DNA of 46,058 bases from Macrostomum lignano (taxonomy: Eukaryota), in the NCBI GenBank assembly GCA_002269645.1, contig NIVC01001322.1:214061-260118 (forward strand). The letters are read 5' to 3'. Positions 12,406-24,302 of this stretch are shown here, piece by piece (the stretch's first letter is position 1; each line of letters starts with the position of its first letter). The translations under genes and the position numbers were made by a program. The notes beneath the pieces were generated by a model. That model made no database searches and had not been told where the DNA came from. It saw only the letters and a program-made list of their open reading frames with translations.

Positions 12406-15400
12406 TCAAATTGCTTCTTGCCTCTGACGCAACAGTCGTTGAGACTCCAGCGCCGAGTGGCAGTCCCGATGTCTGGCAGCCATGGTCTGGGCGGAGGCGG
12501 CGGCCTGCTGAGGGTCCATCAGGTCCTGGTAGCGGAGCCAGTGAGCCACCGTCCTGCGGACAGAGCGGTTTCAGAATGATTCACCTAACTCAATCATGAA
12601 AATGATTTCTCAAACTCAATCACGAAAATCTCGCGGTTCCTCACCTCTGAGCAGTGGAATTTTCTACCAGACGTGAATGCTGGGCATCTTCGGCCGCGAC
12701 TCCACCTGCAGATCTGGACTGCCACACCCGCTCGCGGCCCTCCGACATCTTGACTGCCGGGAAGGCGCCCTTGAAATGGCCAATCCGATCATCGAATCGG
12801 CAGCCACCGGACCTGCCGCGCCGCAGCTCCTCCTGAACTGCCAGCCTGTAGGCCTGCGCCTCTGCCAGGGCCTCGCGCTGCAGCTGCGCTTTGATTGCCG
12901 ACTCCAGACTGGCCGCCGCTGCTGCCGACCTCTCCTGACGGTCCAGACGGTGCAGCTCGTGCTGAACCTGGGGAGGATGAGTTTCAAGCGTAACTCTGTG
13001 ACCCCGAGTCACTCTGTGACCCCCTAGTCACTTTGTGGTCCCTAGTCACTCTGTGACCTATTCACTCTATGACCTATTCACTCTATGACCTATTCACTCT
13101 ATGACCTATTCACTCCATGACCTATTCCCTCTATGACCTATTCACTCTGTGACCTATTCACTCTGTGACCTAGTCACTATGTGACCTAGTCACTCTATGA
13201 CCTAGTCACTCTATGACCCCTGGCTGTCCTCACCTGTGCGTCCACCAGATGCCTGGACCGAGCTGCCAGTATGGCGTCGGTCGCCTCAGCGTCGTCAAAG
13301 CCGCCCCGGCCAGCAGTCCATCGCCGCTGCTGTCTCACTGCTGACGCCGACGCAGCCGCCTGCTCGCGAGTCATCCGATGGTCGGCCGGGTCGCCGAACC
13401 GGTCGTACAGGCGCGGATCCAGCAGCCTGCGCGGCGAGTCCGGTCGCAGTCGAGGCTTCGCCTTGTCGGCCGGGTTCAGCCGATGCTCGAGAACGTCGCA
13501 TCGGCCCCAGTTGACGTGAGGGTCAGTTGGGTGCAGATCGATCACGTCGGGCATTCCGCTGCTGCTGTTGATGCCACAGCCGACGCCGCCGGCGCCCCAG
13601 TAGCGCCAGGGCGGCCGTTGTCGACGCCGCATTGTCGGTTTCTTCCGACGTTTATCGTCAACGGCTGGACAGTTGCCGACTCCGATGTCGCTGGTGGCCA
13701 AAGCGGCGGCCAGCTCGCGGTCAAGTGCGAGTAGCTCGGCCTCTTCATCCGCAGCCTCCTTCCTCGCCTTCTCCTCGTTGTCGGGTTCAGCGGTCGCGGC
13801 GGCGGCGGCGGCCGGAGCATCTGGAACTGACGTGGGAGCGTCCACGGGCGTCGATGTCGGCGCTTCCGCCGCTGGTTCATCGACGGGCGGTGGCGGAGCG
13901 GAGGCTGAGGCCGGGACAACTGGGTGCAGCGGGCGAGAGTATAGCGGCGGCGCCGGGTGACTGCGAATCGGGAACTCCCTGCCGGAGCCGCTGTTCAACA
14001 ACAAAGGCGCCGCGAGTGACGCTGTGGGATAAACGTACATCAGGCCCTGCGGGAGTTGTCAGACGGGGGAAGATAGATAGTTTTATTATTCGAGTGTAAA
14101 CTTAATGGCGGCGTGTTGGCTTTTAAGGCGCTAAACTTGCTGTCGAAGGTGTTAACTGGGTGTCAGATGCGGTAAACTTTGTGTCAGATGCGGTAAACTT
14201 GGTGTCAGATGAGCTAAACTTGGTGTCAGATGCGGTGAACTTGGGTGTCAGATGAGGTAAACTTGGGTGTCAGATGAGGTAAACTTGGGTGTCAGATGAG
14301 GTAAACTTGGGTGTCAGATGCGGTAAACTTGGGTGTCAGATGCGGTAAACTTGGGTGTCAGATGCGGTAAACTTGGGTGTCAGATGCGGTAAACTTGGGT
14401 GTCAGATGAGGTAAACTTGGGTGTCAGATGAGGTAAACTTGGGTGTCAGATGAGGTAAACTTGGGTGTCAGACATACATGCGCAACCTTGGGAATCACTC
14501 GGCCGTTTCTATTGGCAACACACATGTAAGTCGCTATTGGCTGAGAGCAGTCACGTGACTACTATTCCGTCCAATAGCGACTTACATGTGTGTGTTGCCA
14601 ATAGAAACGGCCGGGTGAATCCCACGGTTGCGCCCAAGCATGGTGTCAGATGAGGTAAACTTGGGCGTCAGCGATGTTAAACTAGTCGAGTGTCAATACC
14701 GGCGAGACACGCTGCCAGGTCGCTAAAAATCTCTAAAATGAAACAAAATAGCGCTAGAAAAAATAACGCTAGAACTCACTGGCGGATACAGGATAACAGT
14801 TGGGCAGGATTTCCTCAGTGGTACATCAGCCTGCTTCGAGTTGGCAGAATCGTCAGAGTCCACTTTCTCAGCTAGAAGTGAGTCGTACAGCTGGCGTGGA
14901 ATCCATACGGCCTGGCCAGCGGCAGCTTCAACTTCGGCTTCCTCGCCAGTGGTTGTCACGGCGACGATTAACGGCGTGACGTCGGCGCCGGCTGAGGCGA
15001 AGTCGCGCGCTTCGTGGCCGCTCCGCACGATGCCCAGCTGGAATTTGGCCGGCTGGCTTGAGCCCGGCGACGGCGGCAGCAGCACCGCATCGTCGGGAGC
15101 GATCGAGTGTCGGAGAGCGTCGTCTAGGCTGACGATGTCGCTGATGCGGGTCTCCTGGTGCTGCGGCTTGCCTTCGTCTGGCTCGTCGGCAGGGAACTCC
15201 ACCAGGAAGAGGTCGGGCTCGACCTGAGGTGCCATTGTTGATTTTTATGATTAGTTTTATGGTTTGTTTGGGAGCTGATGGGGCGATGAATTGGTTCCTG
15301 AAGTGATGAGGGGCCGTAGCCTAGTGGTCCAGCGCAGCGCTCTGATGTGCCAGCGGCCCAGGCTCGATTCCAAGTGCAGTCGCATTAATTTGGAGCTAAA

Positions 15401-18167
15401 TTGGAATCTCGGCTTGGCTCTGCTCGTACAATCAACGCCCAGCTTCAGGGCCAACCCCAAGGCACAGTGAAGTGTACATGCCTAACGATAAATAAAGTTA
15501 GGGCCGCTGTACACTCCTGTGTGAGTGTGTGCCTGTGCGTATGACTGCGTACGTATCGGTGCGCTTGTGCGCCTGCTCAGGGGAGTCGACGGAATGGGCA
15601 GTGATGCCAATTGGAATCCTATTTTAAAAAAGATAAGGTGAAGTCTAGGATGAAGAAACAGAATGAATTAACAACTCACCTCGCTAACCACTTTGCCCCT
15701 GAAGAAGCCGCTGGTGGCCGGGTCCCGCCTCCTGGCCAGCACCCGCCGACCAATCAGGGTTGCCCCGCCAGCCGGGCAGAACGGATTTCGGAATTGGACG
15801 CCGGCTCCGCTGGCGCCACTGGCTGAGATGAACGCCCTGGCTGGTCGGTGCCGGCTGAACGACTTCAGACCAGCTGGCGGCGGCAGCAGCGGCGGCTCGA
15901 GGAGTGGATCAACGCCGCTGCTCAAGCAGGTGGTGATCGAACAGGTGGCCAGTTCTGGGCGAATTCTGCCGTCCTTGGTGCGAATCATCCGCTCGGCGGG
16001 GCCGTCGGAACCGCGCAGACGTTGCACGGCAGATATGGACTGGGTTTAGGAAAGTTCGAGTAGAATGAAGTTAACAAATTTTATTGCTTTGCTCGGGTAG
16101 CCTCAGTTACTGAACTGCAGTGTACTGATGGTGTGAAGTGAAAATTCCAATTCAGATGTCTCTCTTGTGTCTCTTTCCCGCTTCCCTCCCGCTTCTCTCC
16201 CACATCTCTCTCGCCTCTCTCCCGCTTTTCTCCCCCTTCCCTCCCGCATCTCTCTCGCCTCTCTCCCGCTTCTCTCCCCCTTCCCTCCCGCATCTCTCTC
16301 GCCTCTCTCCCGCTTCTCCCCCCTTCTCTACCGCATCTCTCTCGCCTCTCTCCCGCTTCTCTCCCGCTTCTCTCCCCCTTCCCTCCCGCATCTCTCTCGC
16401 CTCTCTCCCGCTTCTCTCCCGCTTCTCTCCCGCATCTCTCCCGCATCTCTCCCGCATCTCTCTTGCACCTCTCTCGCATCTCTCCCGCATCTCTCCCGCC
16501 TCTCTCCCGCTTCTCTCCCGCATCTCTCCCCCTTCTCTCCCCCTTCTCTCCCGCTTCTCTCCCGCTTCTCTCCCGCTTCTCTCCCGCATCTCTCCCCCTT
16601 CTCTCCTGCATCTCCCCCGCATCTCTCTTGCACCTCTCTCGCATCTCTCCCGCATCTCTCCCGCCTCTCTCCCGCTTCTCTCTCGCATCTCTCCCGCATC
16701 TCTCCCCCTTCTCTCCCGCTTCTCTCCCGCATCTCCCCCGCATCTCTCTTGCATCTCTCTCGCCTCTCTCCCGCTTCTCTCCCGCTTCTCTCCCCCTTCC
16801 CTCCCGCATCTCTCTCACTTCTCTCCCGCTTCTCTCCCGCTTCTCTCCCGCATCTCTCCCGCATCTCTCCCCCTTCTCTCCTGCATCTCCCCCGCATCTC
16901 TCTTGCACCTCTCTCGCATCTCTCCCGCATCTCTCCCGCTTCTCTCTCGCATCTCTCCCGCATCTCTCCCCCTTCTCTCCCGCTTCTCTCCCGCATCTCT
17001 CCCGCATCTCTCTCTCCTCTCTCCCGCTTCTCTCCCGCATCTCTCCCGCATCTCTCCCGCATCTCTCCCCCTTCTCTCCTGCATCTCCCCCGCATCTCTC
17101 TTGCACCTCTCTCGCATCTCTCCCGCATCTCTCCCGCCTCTCTCCCCCTTCTCTCCTGCATCTCCCCCGCATCTCTCTTGCACCTCTCTCGCATCTCTCC
17201 CGCATCTCTCCCGCCTCTCTCCCGCTTCTCTCTCGCATCTCTCCCGCATCTCTCCCCCTTCTCTCCCGCATCTCTCCTGCTTCTCTCCCGCATCTCTCTC
17301 TCTCCTCTCTCCCGCATCTCTCCCGCTTCTCTCCCGCATCTCTCTCTCCTCTATCCCGCATCTCTCTCTCCTCTCTCCCGCATCTCTCTCTCCTCTCTCC
17401 CGCATCTCTCCCACAGCTCTCCCCCTTCTCTCTCGCCTCTCTCCCGCTTCTCTCCCCCTTCTCTCTCACATCTCTCCCGCTTCTCTCCCGCATCTCTCCC
17501 ACATCTCCCCCACCTCTTTCTTTTGTCTCTCTCCCATCTTATAAACCTTGTATCTCCCCCGCATCCCCTCCTCTCGCACCTGAGCCTCATCAATGGTCAC
17601 AGCAGTCAGCGAGCCGCATGTCTCAGCCGCCAGGCGGTCCATAAATTCAATCAGCCGGGCTGCCTCCCCGTCATCCTGGTCGCCGGGCAGCCGCAGGCAG
17701 ACGCAGTGCACAGGCCGGCCGCGGGACAGATAAGTCGCGTGATCCAGCACCGCCTCCGACTCGGCTGCACTTGCGGGCGCACTGCCGGCAACCAGCCACA
17801 CTGCCTGACAGTCTGTCGGCCGGAACGCTGCTAGGAGACTGGCAAGATGATCAGCGATGGAGCGGCAAGGCTGCTGGGATAGCCAGTTTACGGCCTCGGC
17901 CACGGATTCTGGCGTTGCGGCGGTCAGCCGGTCCTCGGCGCCGTAGACAGTCGGCCGGCTGCCAACCACCAAGCCGAAGGCGGTTTCGCCGCTACGGTGC
18001 GCCAGTCGGAGCAGAGCGTCCGCAATTTGTTGTCGAATTTTCGGCATGACGAGCGCCAGCCGGGCGGACGATTCCAGCGCGAAGACGACCCGACGATCGG
18101 TGAGGTCGCCGAAAAGTCCAGGCTGGGGCAGACCGCGGATGTGCAGCGGTGGCGGCGGCGAAGTCAT
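12406..18167 (-). CDS. VWA-domain + DUF4537-like protein (VWA3B/C11orf16-like), 6 coding exons, 891 aa
   Basis: Phase-consistent exons (minus strand): 18167-17580, 16039-15680, 15223-14780, 14046-13234, 12967-12645, 12553-12406 (2676 nt, ending in TGA). The N-terminus GLFGDLTDRRVVFALESS resembles the VWA3-type VWA start. GRRVLARR..GFFRGKV and DIVSLDDALRHSIAPDDAVL resemble DUF4537. The C-terminus is helical/coiled-coil-like. Confidence 0.82.
12991..13220. repeat. 16-bp minisatellite (CTATTCACTCTATGAC) filling an intron
   Basis: Tandem copies with variants occupy most of intron 12968-13233. Confidence 0.92.
14156..14681. repeat. 22-bp minisatellite (GGGTGTCAGATGMGGTAAACTT), interrupted by a palindromic insert
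   Basis: Tandem copies run 14156-14471 and resume at about 14641. Confidence 0.93.
14480..14633. mobile_element. 154-bp fold-back/MITE-like palindromic insert
   Basis: Arms GCGCAACC..CGGCCGTTTCTATTGGCAACACACATGTAAGTCGCTATTGG and its reverse complement; centre AGTCACGTGACT (14549-14560). Confidence 0.8.
15311..15385 (+). mobile_element. tRNA-derived SINE head or tRNA pseudogene (Pol III boxes)
   Basis: A-box-like TAGCCTAGTGG (15317) and B-box-like GGCTCGATTCC (15361) at tRNA-like spacing. I could not build a clean cloverleaf. Confidence 0.5.
16160..17515. repeat. ~1.35-kb pyrimidine-rich 11-bp minisatellite (CTCTCCCGCAT / CTCTCCCGCTT / CTCTCCCCCTT)
   Basis: It fills intron 16040-17579 and gives the spurious SPASLP and RERCG ORFs on both strands. 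Confidence 0.95.
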
Positions 18168-20197
18168 AGCGGCCTGCGGATTAGCCAAAGCTTTATTGCC
18201 TTAATGAAATGCCCAGAAGTTGTGGATTCTTAACCTTTAATAGAACAAAAATAATTGCCATAGATATTACACTGGCCTTAAAAGTCAAAGTTGTAAAATA
18301 TGGCATTAATTACATAGTAGTAACTGTGAAATTAATAATAAAAGGTATCTATGTAACTACATATATGCTTTTACTCATTCATTAAAAATTTTCTACATTT
18401 TTCTAAATTTTTTTTAGATCATTTTCTGTCAGATAATCCTAAAATATTGTTTTAAACCTTATGTCTGAATCAAAAGTGGCAAACTTGATTATTTATAATA
18501 CTTTTTAGACTGAGTATTCTCTAAAAGACAAAAAAATGATTACAGATATCTCTAAATTATAAGATTAAAAATCTTTACAAAACCTTTACTAAAAACCTTA
18601 TAATCTATCAATAGTTTCTAAAACAGTAATTTTAGATATTAAATTATTACTACATAATAGTTTTTTATAAGTTTTGCAGATTCCAGCTATAATACTAACT
18701 AAAGTGAATATTTAATTTTTCATAGATATATTAACATTAATAAATAATAAAAAATCCAGTTTATACTATACAGTTCTGTAAAACTGAAAAATGCCAGTTA
18801 AAAACACTGCGCCGTATTGTGCATTGAAAAACTAATCAAATGAATAACTAATCAAATGAATAACTAATCTAAGGAATAACTAATAAGGCACAAACTAGGA
18901 ATTAGTATTCTAAAAGAATGTGCGCTTCGTGACTGAAACGTCTGAAACCCTATGTTATGCGAAGGGTACCATTTACTGCACTGGAAGTCAGGAAGTATAG
19001 GGCAGGCGTGGATTCTGACACTTTTTTAAAGATAGAAGCTTGTAAAAACCAACAGTCCTAAAATTGTTAGAGCCTAGTCTACAATATAACATGACGAAAA
19101 GATATGACTACGTTGTTGGGCCTCTACTTAACGGAGCTATAGCCCCTTTGGACCCATGGAGTCATGACAGACATAAAAATTATATATTCTCAGACATTAT
19201 ACACGACACAATGTAAAGTTATTTAAAATATAGCTGTCTCCAGAGTATATCCAAGTCTAAAACTTTTCTTATTACTTAGGAGCCAAATTTAAAGTAAGAA
19301 GACAGTTTTTTATTTAATATTTTACAAACATTTGTTGTTTCAAGGACTTCTAATAAACAGTTCTTTGAAAAAAATTGTTTATCTTTACTAAACACTATAT
19401 GTAGTTAAACCGTATAATTTTAAAATAGGGATAACTCTTGACACAGATTAGAGAAGATAAGTATATCCCATCCTTCTAATTTTCTGAACAAAAGCTCTAC
19501 GAATATTAACATTAGAGCTTCAAGAAAGGCAAGCCATCAAAAGATAAACATTGGGCCTGTCTCCCGGTGAAAAATTCGATCCAGAATCGACCCAGAATGT
19601 TCTGTGTCGATTAGATGTCGAATGTGCACTCAGAAATTTTGGAAATTCGATCATCGAAAGTTCGACGAATATTCGACCACTTCTATCACAGCTACTTTTA
19701 GTAGTCTTACAAGCGAGTACAAGTCGTTCTAAAGAAAAAAAATACATTTCTTGTCTTATGAATAAACTTGATTTATTGTATGCTGTGACACGTATATTTA
19801 TGTTTATTTAGATCATCAAACAGATTAAAAGTTGCATAGAACAGTCATGTTGCGAAATTTCAGTATTAAAAAATCAGAGCTTTTAAATTTCATAAATATT
19901 GCTAATAACAAGACTAATAAGGTTTCAGACAAAGTGCACTCAAAGTTTGCATATTACGAAAGAATGTTGTCTTTCGTAACACAAAAAACATTTTTGTGCA
20001 GAAAAAATGAATTTATGAAGTATTATACTCGAGATGAGAATGATAATATATAATCTCTACATATAAAAATCAAAACTTTCCTTATATAAGTCCTTATTAA
20101 ACTACGCTAATTAGATTACATTTTATTCGCTTAAATTTACGATCGAGTTGGTTTTAGCAAAGGCAGGCAGACAGGCAGAATACACGCCTCGAAGCTC

Positions 20198-22100
20198 TTA
20201 GTCACTCTGCGCTGGCGGCAGGACCACTACTGGAGCTCTTTTGCTGGGGAGTGCGCAGGCCAGATCGTACGGGGCATCCGATAGGAAGTTCGAAATGCGC
20301 TCCTCCACCTCCTTCGTGCTGAATTGTACTTGGCCTTTCAAGATTGCCTCTAAAATGAAATAAAAATTAATTTAGCAACACGAGGTCACTATAGCCTACT
20401 ACCAATAGTAGCGTTCAGTCGTTCACCTATATAAAGATATGATCTCAGACCTAAGTAATCTATACTTATTTCATATCAGCAACGCACCTTTTACTACGGT
20501 CTCGAAGCCACTGGAGCTTATCTTGCCGATCTTTCCAGTGCGGGTAAATCACACTGGACCCGCAGACTTTCCCTCCAGCATGCAGAGCTCTCGTATCTTT
20601 GAAAAGTATGTGTGGTATACGATGAACTTATTTAGAGCATTGAACTGATCCAGAAGTTTTGCAAGAAAAAACTATACAGGGCATCAAGGATGATCAAGGA
20701 AAACTAACTCACCACTCGCTGCTTGAACTCATCACTCTTGAGTCTCTCCAAGAGTAATTTTTCCTCATCGGCAGTTTCCACTGTCTGAATCACGGATTCC
20801 GCCGCCGAGCCAGCACCGCCAGCTGAATGGACATACAGATTGCCTGCGCTTCTGTGGGATGAATTTATGAATGCACACAATGAATTTGCTTGACTGTTGC
20901 CTGAATATATGGAAATTTCAGCACTTTATTATACTTTAGGCGATTTTCTTAGCATGCACAATGGTCTAAAGTAGGCTAAACTATAAGGTAAGATAATATT
21001 TGAGATTTAGTTATATAGATTTATCTAAATTAGTAAATAAGATAAATTTGCCAGCCTTAAAAAATTCTACTTAAAGTAGCGCTGTCAGACTACAGCAGGA
21101 TTTAGAAACTTACTGATGAGTTCTTGCTGAGTGAGCTCCTCACTCCTGCAGATTAACAGTAGCATCGTACGAGCGTATACTGCAGACAGGGCGTTGGGGC
21201 TGCAGTGGCTTGGATGCAGTCTCTGTGCTTTATGCTGCTGTGGACTCAGCATTTCTGCTGTTTGAATACCTCGGGGAAGCTGCCACAGTTCGCTGAGATG
21301 ATCCTGTGAGGACAGAACAGAAATAATTTATTGGGATAGCTATTGTAATATGACTATCCATTACAGGGCAAAGCCAGAAATTTTACTTTAGATTATCAGG
21401 TATACTGGTATATGCTATAACTATAGTTTATCACAGCTACAGCTGTTGTTGCAGTCTATTGTAAATCTCTCATTCTTTGAAAGTAAAACTCTACTAGCTT
21501 ACTAAATTTCATTGCGAATGTCAAGTTTACATATAATCCATTCTAACCTGAGACTCATTGCCCTCCTGCTGAGCAAATGCCGTCGCAGCACGGCTGACAT
21601 CAGCTGAGCAACTGGTCTGCGCTCGCATTGGATTTGAATTAAAATCAATCTGCTGCATTTCTGTGACTGCAACTGGTGCTGCCGCTGAAGGCTGATTCCT
21701 TAGGCAGGGTGCTCAAGCCGATCAATGCCGGCCGTTTTGCGGATTTCATCATTACAATCGATGTCGCCATCCATCAGTCTGATCGTCAGCCGATATTTGC
21801 TTAAATTTCAAATATATTTTTCGATAAATTTAAGCATGTCTAAAACAGTTTTCACAACGACAAAGCCGATTACATGAAACACTTACTTCAGCTGGGCGAA
21901 ATGAGTTCCGGCGCTGGTTCAACCTGTCGATTCTTGCAGCAGTTTGTGTGCAGATTTGCACACGCCAGCTCTCTGTAGGCATAAAGCTTAGCCAGCTTCA
22001 AGTCCTCCTTTGTATTCCCTACTTGTATGACCACCGCCTTATACGGTCTGGCCTCGCCATCGACCACACGGTAGTTGGCGCTTAAAACTACGGGGTTCAT
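20198..22100 (-). pseudogene. Multi-exon gene, apparently disrupted; possible DUF4806/BEN-like C-terminus
   Basis: Phase-consistent exons: ..-21548, 21303-21114, 20843-20713, 20644-20488, 20349-20198. The C-terminus reads FTRTGKIGK..FETVVKEAILKGQVQFSTKEVEERISNFLSDAP. There is an in-frame TGA at 20549-20551. The 5' exons (ATG at 22100) cannot be joined cleanly. Confidence 0.45.
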
Positions 22101-22513
22101 GTCTAAGCTAGCTAATTCTAAAGATTGCAAGCTTGCAAAACTCGCTAAAATGAATTAGAAGCACAACTCGGCAGCAATGTGGGTTCGTGATGCAAAAATA
22201 TATTTCAAAGACGCTTTTAGGTAAAAATTATTTGGAATCGGGGAGCGCAATAGAATGTATCTTGATATGCAGCGCACCGGTTGGCTGTGAGGAAGCCTTC
22301 CGTGCTTTGTGCTCTCACAGAACTCCACTCAGGTTATCCCCTTCCCCTCCAGCAGCTGTTCCCCCTGTTCCTCTGTTCCCCTCCTCTCGAAATCGCCAGT
22401 TGCATGTCAGTCACTTATTTGATTGGATGAGGGAGCCCCTCGTGGAGAAAAAAACGCATGCGGGCGACCATTTTCAAAGCTTTCTATCCAGGCTCTGCCT
22501 TCGATATAATTTA

Positions 22514-22516
<3 letters not shown>

Positions 22517-22550
<34 letters not shown>
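22517..22550. repeat. (GA)17 microsatellite
   Basis: Direct reading of the sequence. Confidence 0.97.
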
Positions 22551-22555
<5 letters not shown>

Positions 22556-23117
22556 ATCACAGTAAACAGTCTCTGTCTCAGTGTCTTGACTTCGTTATTC
22601 TCTCTGTATTTTGGCGGCCACTGAGCTAAAACTGGGCTAAAACCCCTAGAGTCTAGAAAAACTTCCGCCTCTGGATCTGCATTGAAGAAAAACTCCGCTA
22701 AAATTGGCCAGCTCCATTAAAATATAGATAATGATCTTGGTTCCCAGACCCCAGACCCTCTGCTTTCAAACAGCGAGTTTGCAACAGTGAACCGTCCCAG
22801 CGAGCTCAAAATAGTGGAAACAAAGATGGAGTTTAGCAATAAAAATCTCAGCATATTGAGGTCGGCTTATATTTTTACAGTTTATATAGAGGCCTCAATG
22901 CCCATACTTCATTTCTAACCCTCTGACCAACAGTAAAGGGAAAAGTTAGAAAAAATTACCTACTTATACGACTACGAGTAACAGTCAGCAAGTGATAGTA
23001 AAAGCGAAAAATCTAATTATAGAGCACAAATTAAAACCGCACAGAGCAAGTAAACCATTTTCATTGAGAATAAATTCGAGCTTATCGATAGTTCAGACTC
23101 TAAACACTACAGAATCT

Positions 23118-23614
23118 TAGACTCCCATGAAGCTAGCATTTGCGTAGGAACTCTTTTTTCCTTCTTGCTTTTTGCCTGTTTTGCCTTCATTCTCTCTTTG
23201 TGTGATTCTGATTAAACTTTGTTTTAGCCACCCCTTCTATTTAACTGAGAAAAACCTTGCATAGATCGAGTCCGAACAGCTTCAGGCGTGAATTTTTCCG
23301 GCCATAAATACATCCAAAACTGATAAATCGTCTATATAACTAAATCTGAATAAAAACTGAACAAGACTGCGTATAATTATCCACGGCTCGAAATCTCTCC
23401 GCCTGCATAGACTTTTGGTCTGGGATCAATTGTTTGCGATTGCTGTGCCCGGCCGCCACCTGGCTACCATTTCTATTCATCCGATTCCGATTCATTCAGA
23501 AAATTTCCTTTTGTTTACTTAGGTTATTTCTGGCATTCTGACGCACGCCCACCACAGAGACTAAATGGGATTTAGCGCCAGAAAATCCGTCGCGCGTGCT
23601 CATGGAGAGTCTAA
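23118..23614. mobile_element. Putative MITE with short imperfect TIRs
   Basis: Left TAGACTCCCATGA; right reverse-complements to TAGACTCTCCATGA. The outer TA could be a TSD. The interior is non-coding. Confidence 0.35.
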
Positions 23615-24302
23615 TAACCCGCGTTTTGAGAGATTGTTTCTGGTCCTAGGGTTATACTTCTTTGGTCTGTGCTGGGAGGGCAACCTTATTTAATAATTAC
23701 TTTAGGATTTTATTACTGCGCCAGCTGCGCCAGAGCCCAAAATGCTACAATTGTAACTATGAGCGTATAAGCTTTCGAATTTTAAACCATTTAGTATTTA
23801 CTTGCAAATTTTCGGTTTTACCCGTGACTTAAAAAATGCTTTGCTGACTACTTAGGCCTATAGAATAGTAGAGAATGACGAATATATAAACAAAAATTTG
23901 TTGACAGAATGTTCGGCCACTTTTCGACCATGTTTCGACCAACGTTTGTTCCCTCTCTGAAAATTCGATGTTCTCCCTAGATTTGACAGAGAATCGACGT
24001 CGAATTTTACACCGGGCTGCTATCAAAAGGAATCAAAACTTTGTGCTGCAAAAGTGATAAACTTTTTCCGCATTGTATTTCTCAGTAAAAACCAGCCTCA
24101 TTAAATATAAAAAAAAACATTGTTTGCCGTCCTTCAACTTAAGTACTTCTTGGGTATTTTAGCATGTATATAATAGTCCTAAAACAGGCGAAAGAGAAAG
24201 AAGAGAGAGGGAAACCCATTAATATGTGTAAGTGTATGAATGCTTAGATCGAAATCCTCAGCCTAAATTACTCGGCGATGCAATGATCAGGAGAATGTAG
24301 AC

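Noticed and set aside
14156-14471. 22-bp array as a CRISPR array or as repeated PBS-like TGGTGTCAGA
   Set aside because: Head-to-tail units with no unique spacers, no cas genes and no adjacent LTR; the context is a eukaryotic intron.
16081-17834. Six long overlapping ORFs (200-555 aa)
   Set aside because: They arise from an 11-bp low-complexity array lying inside a well-defined intron.
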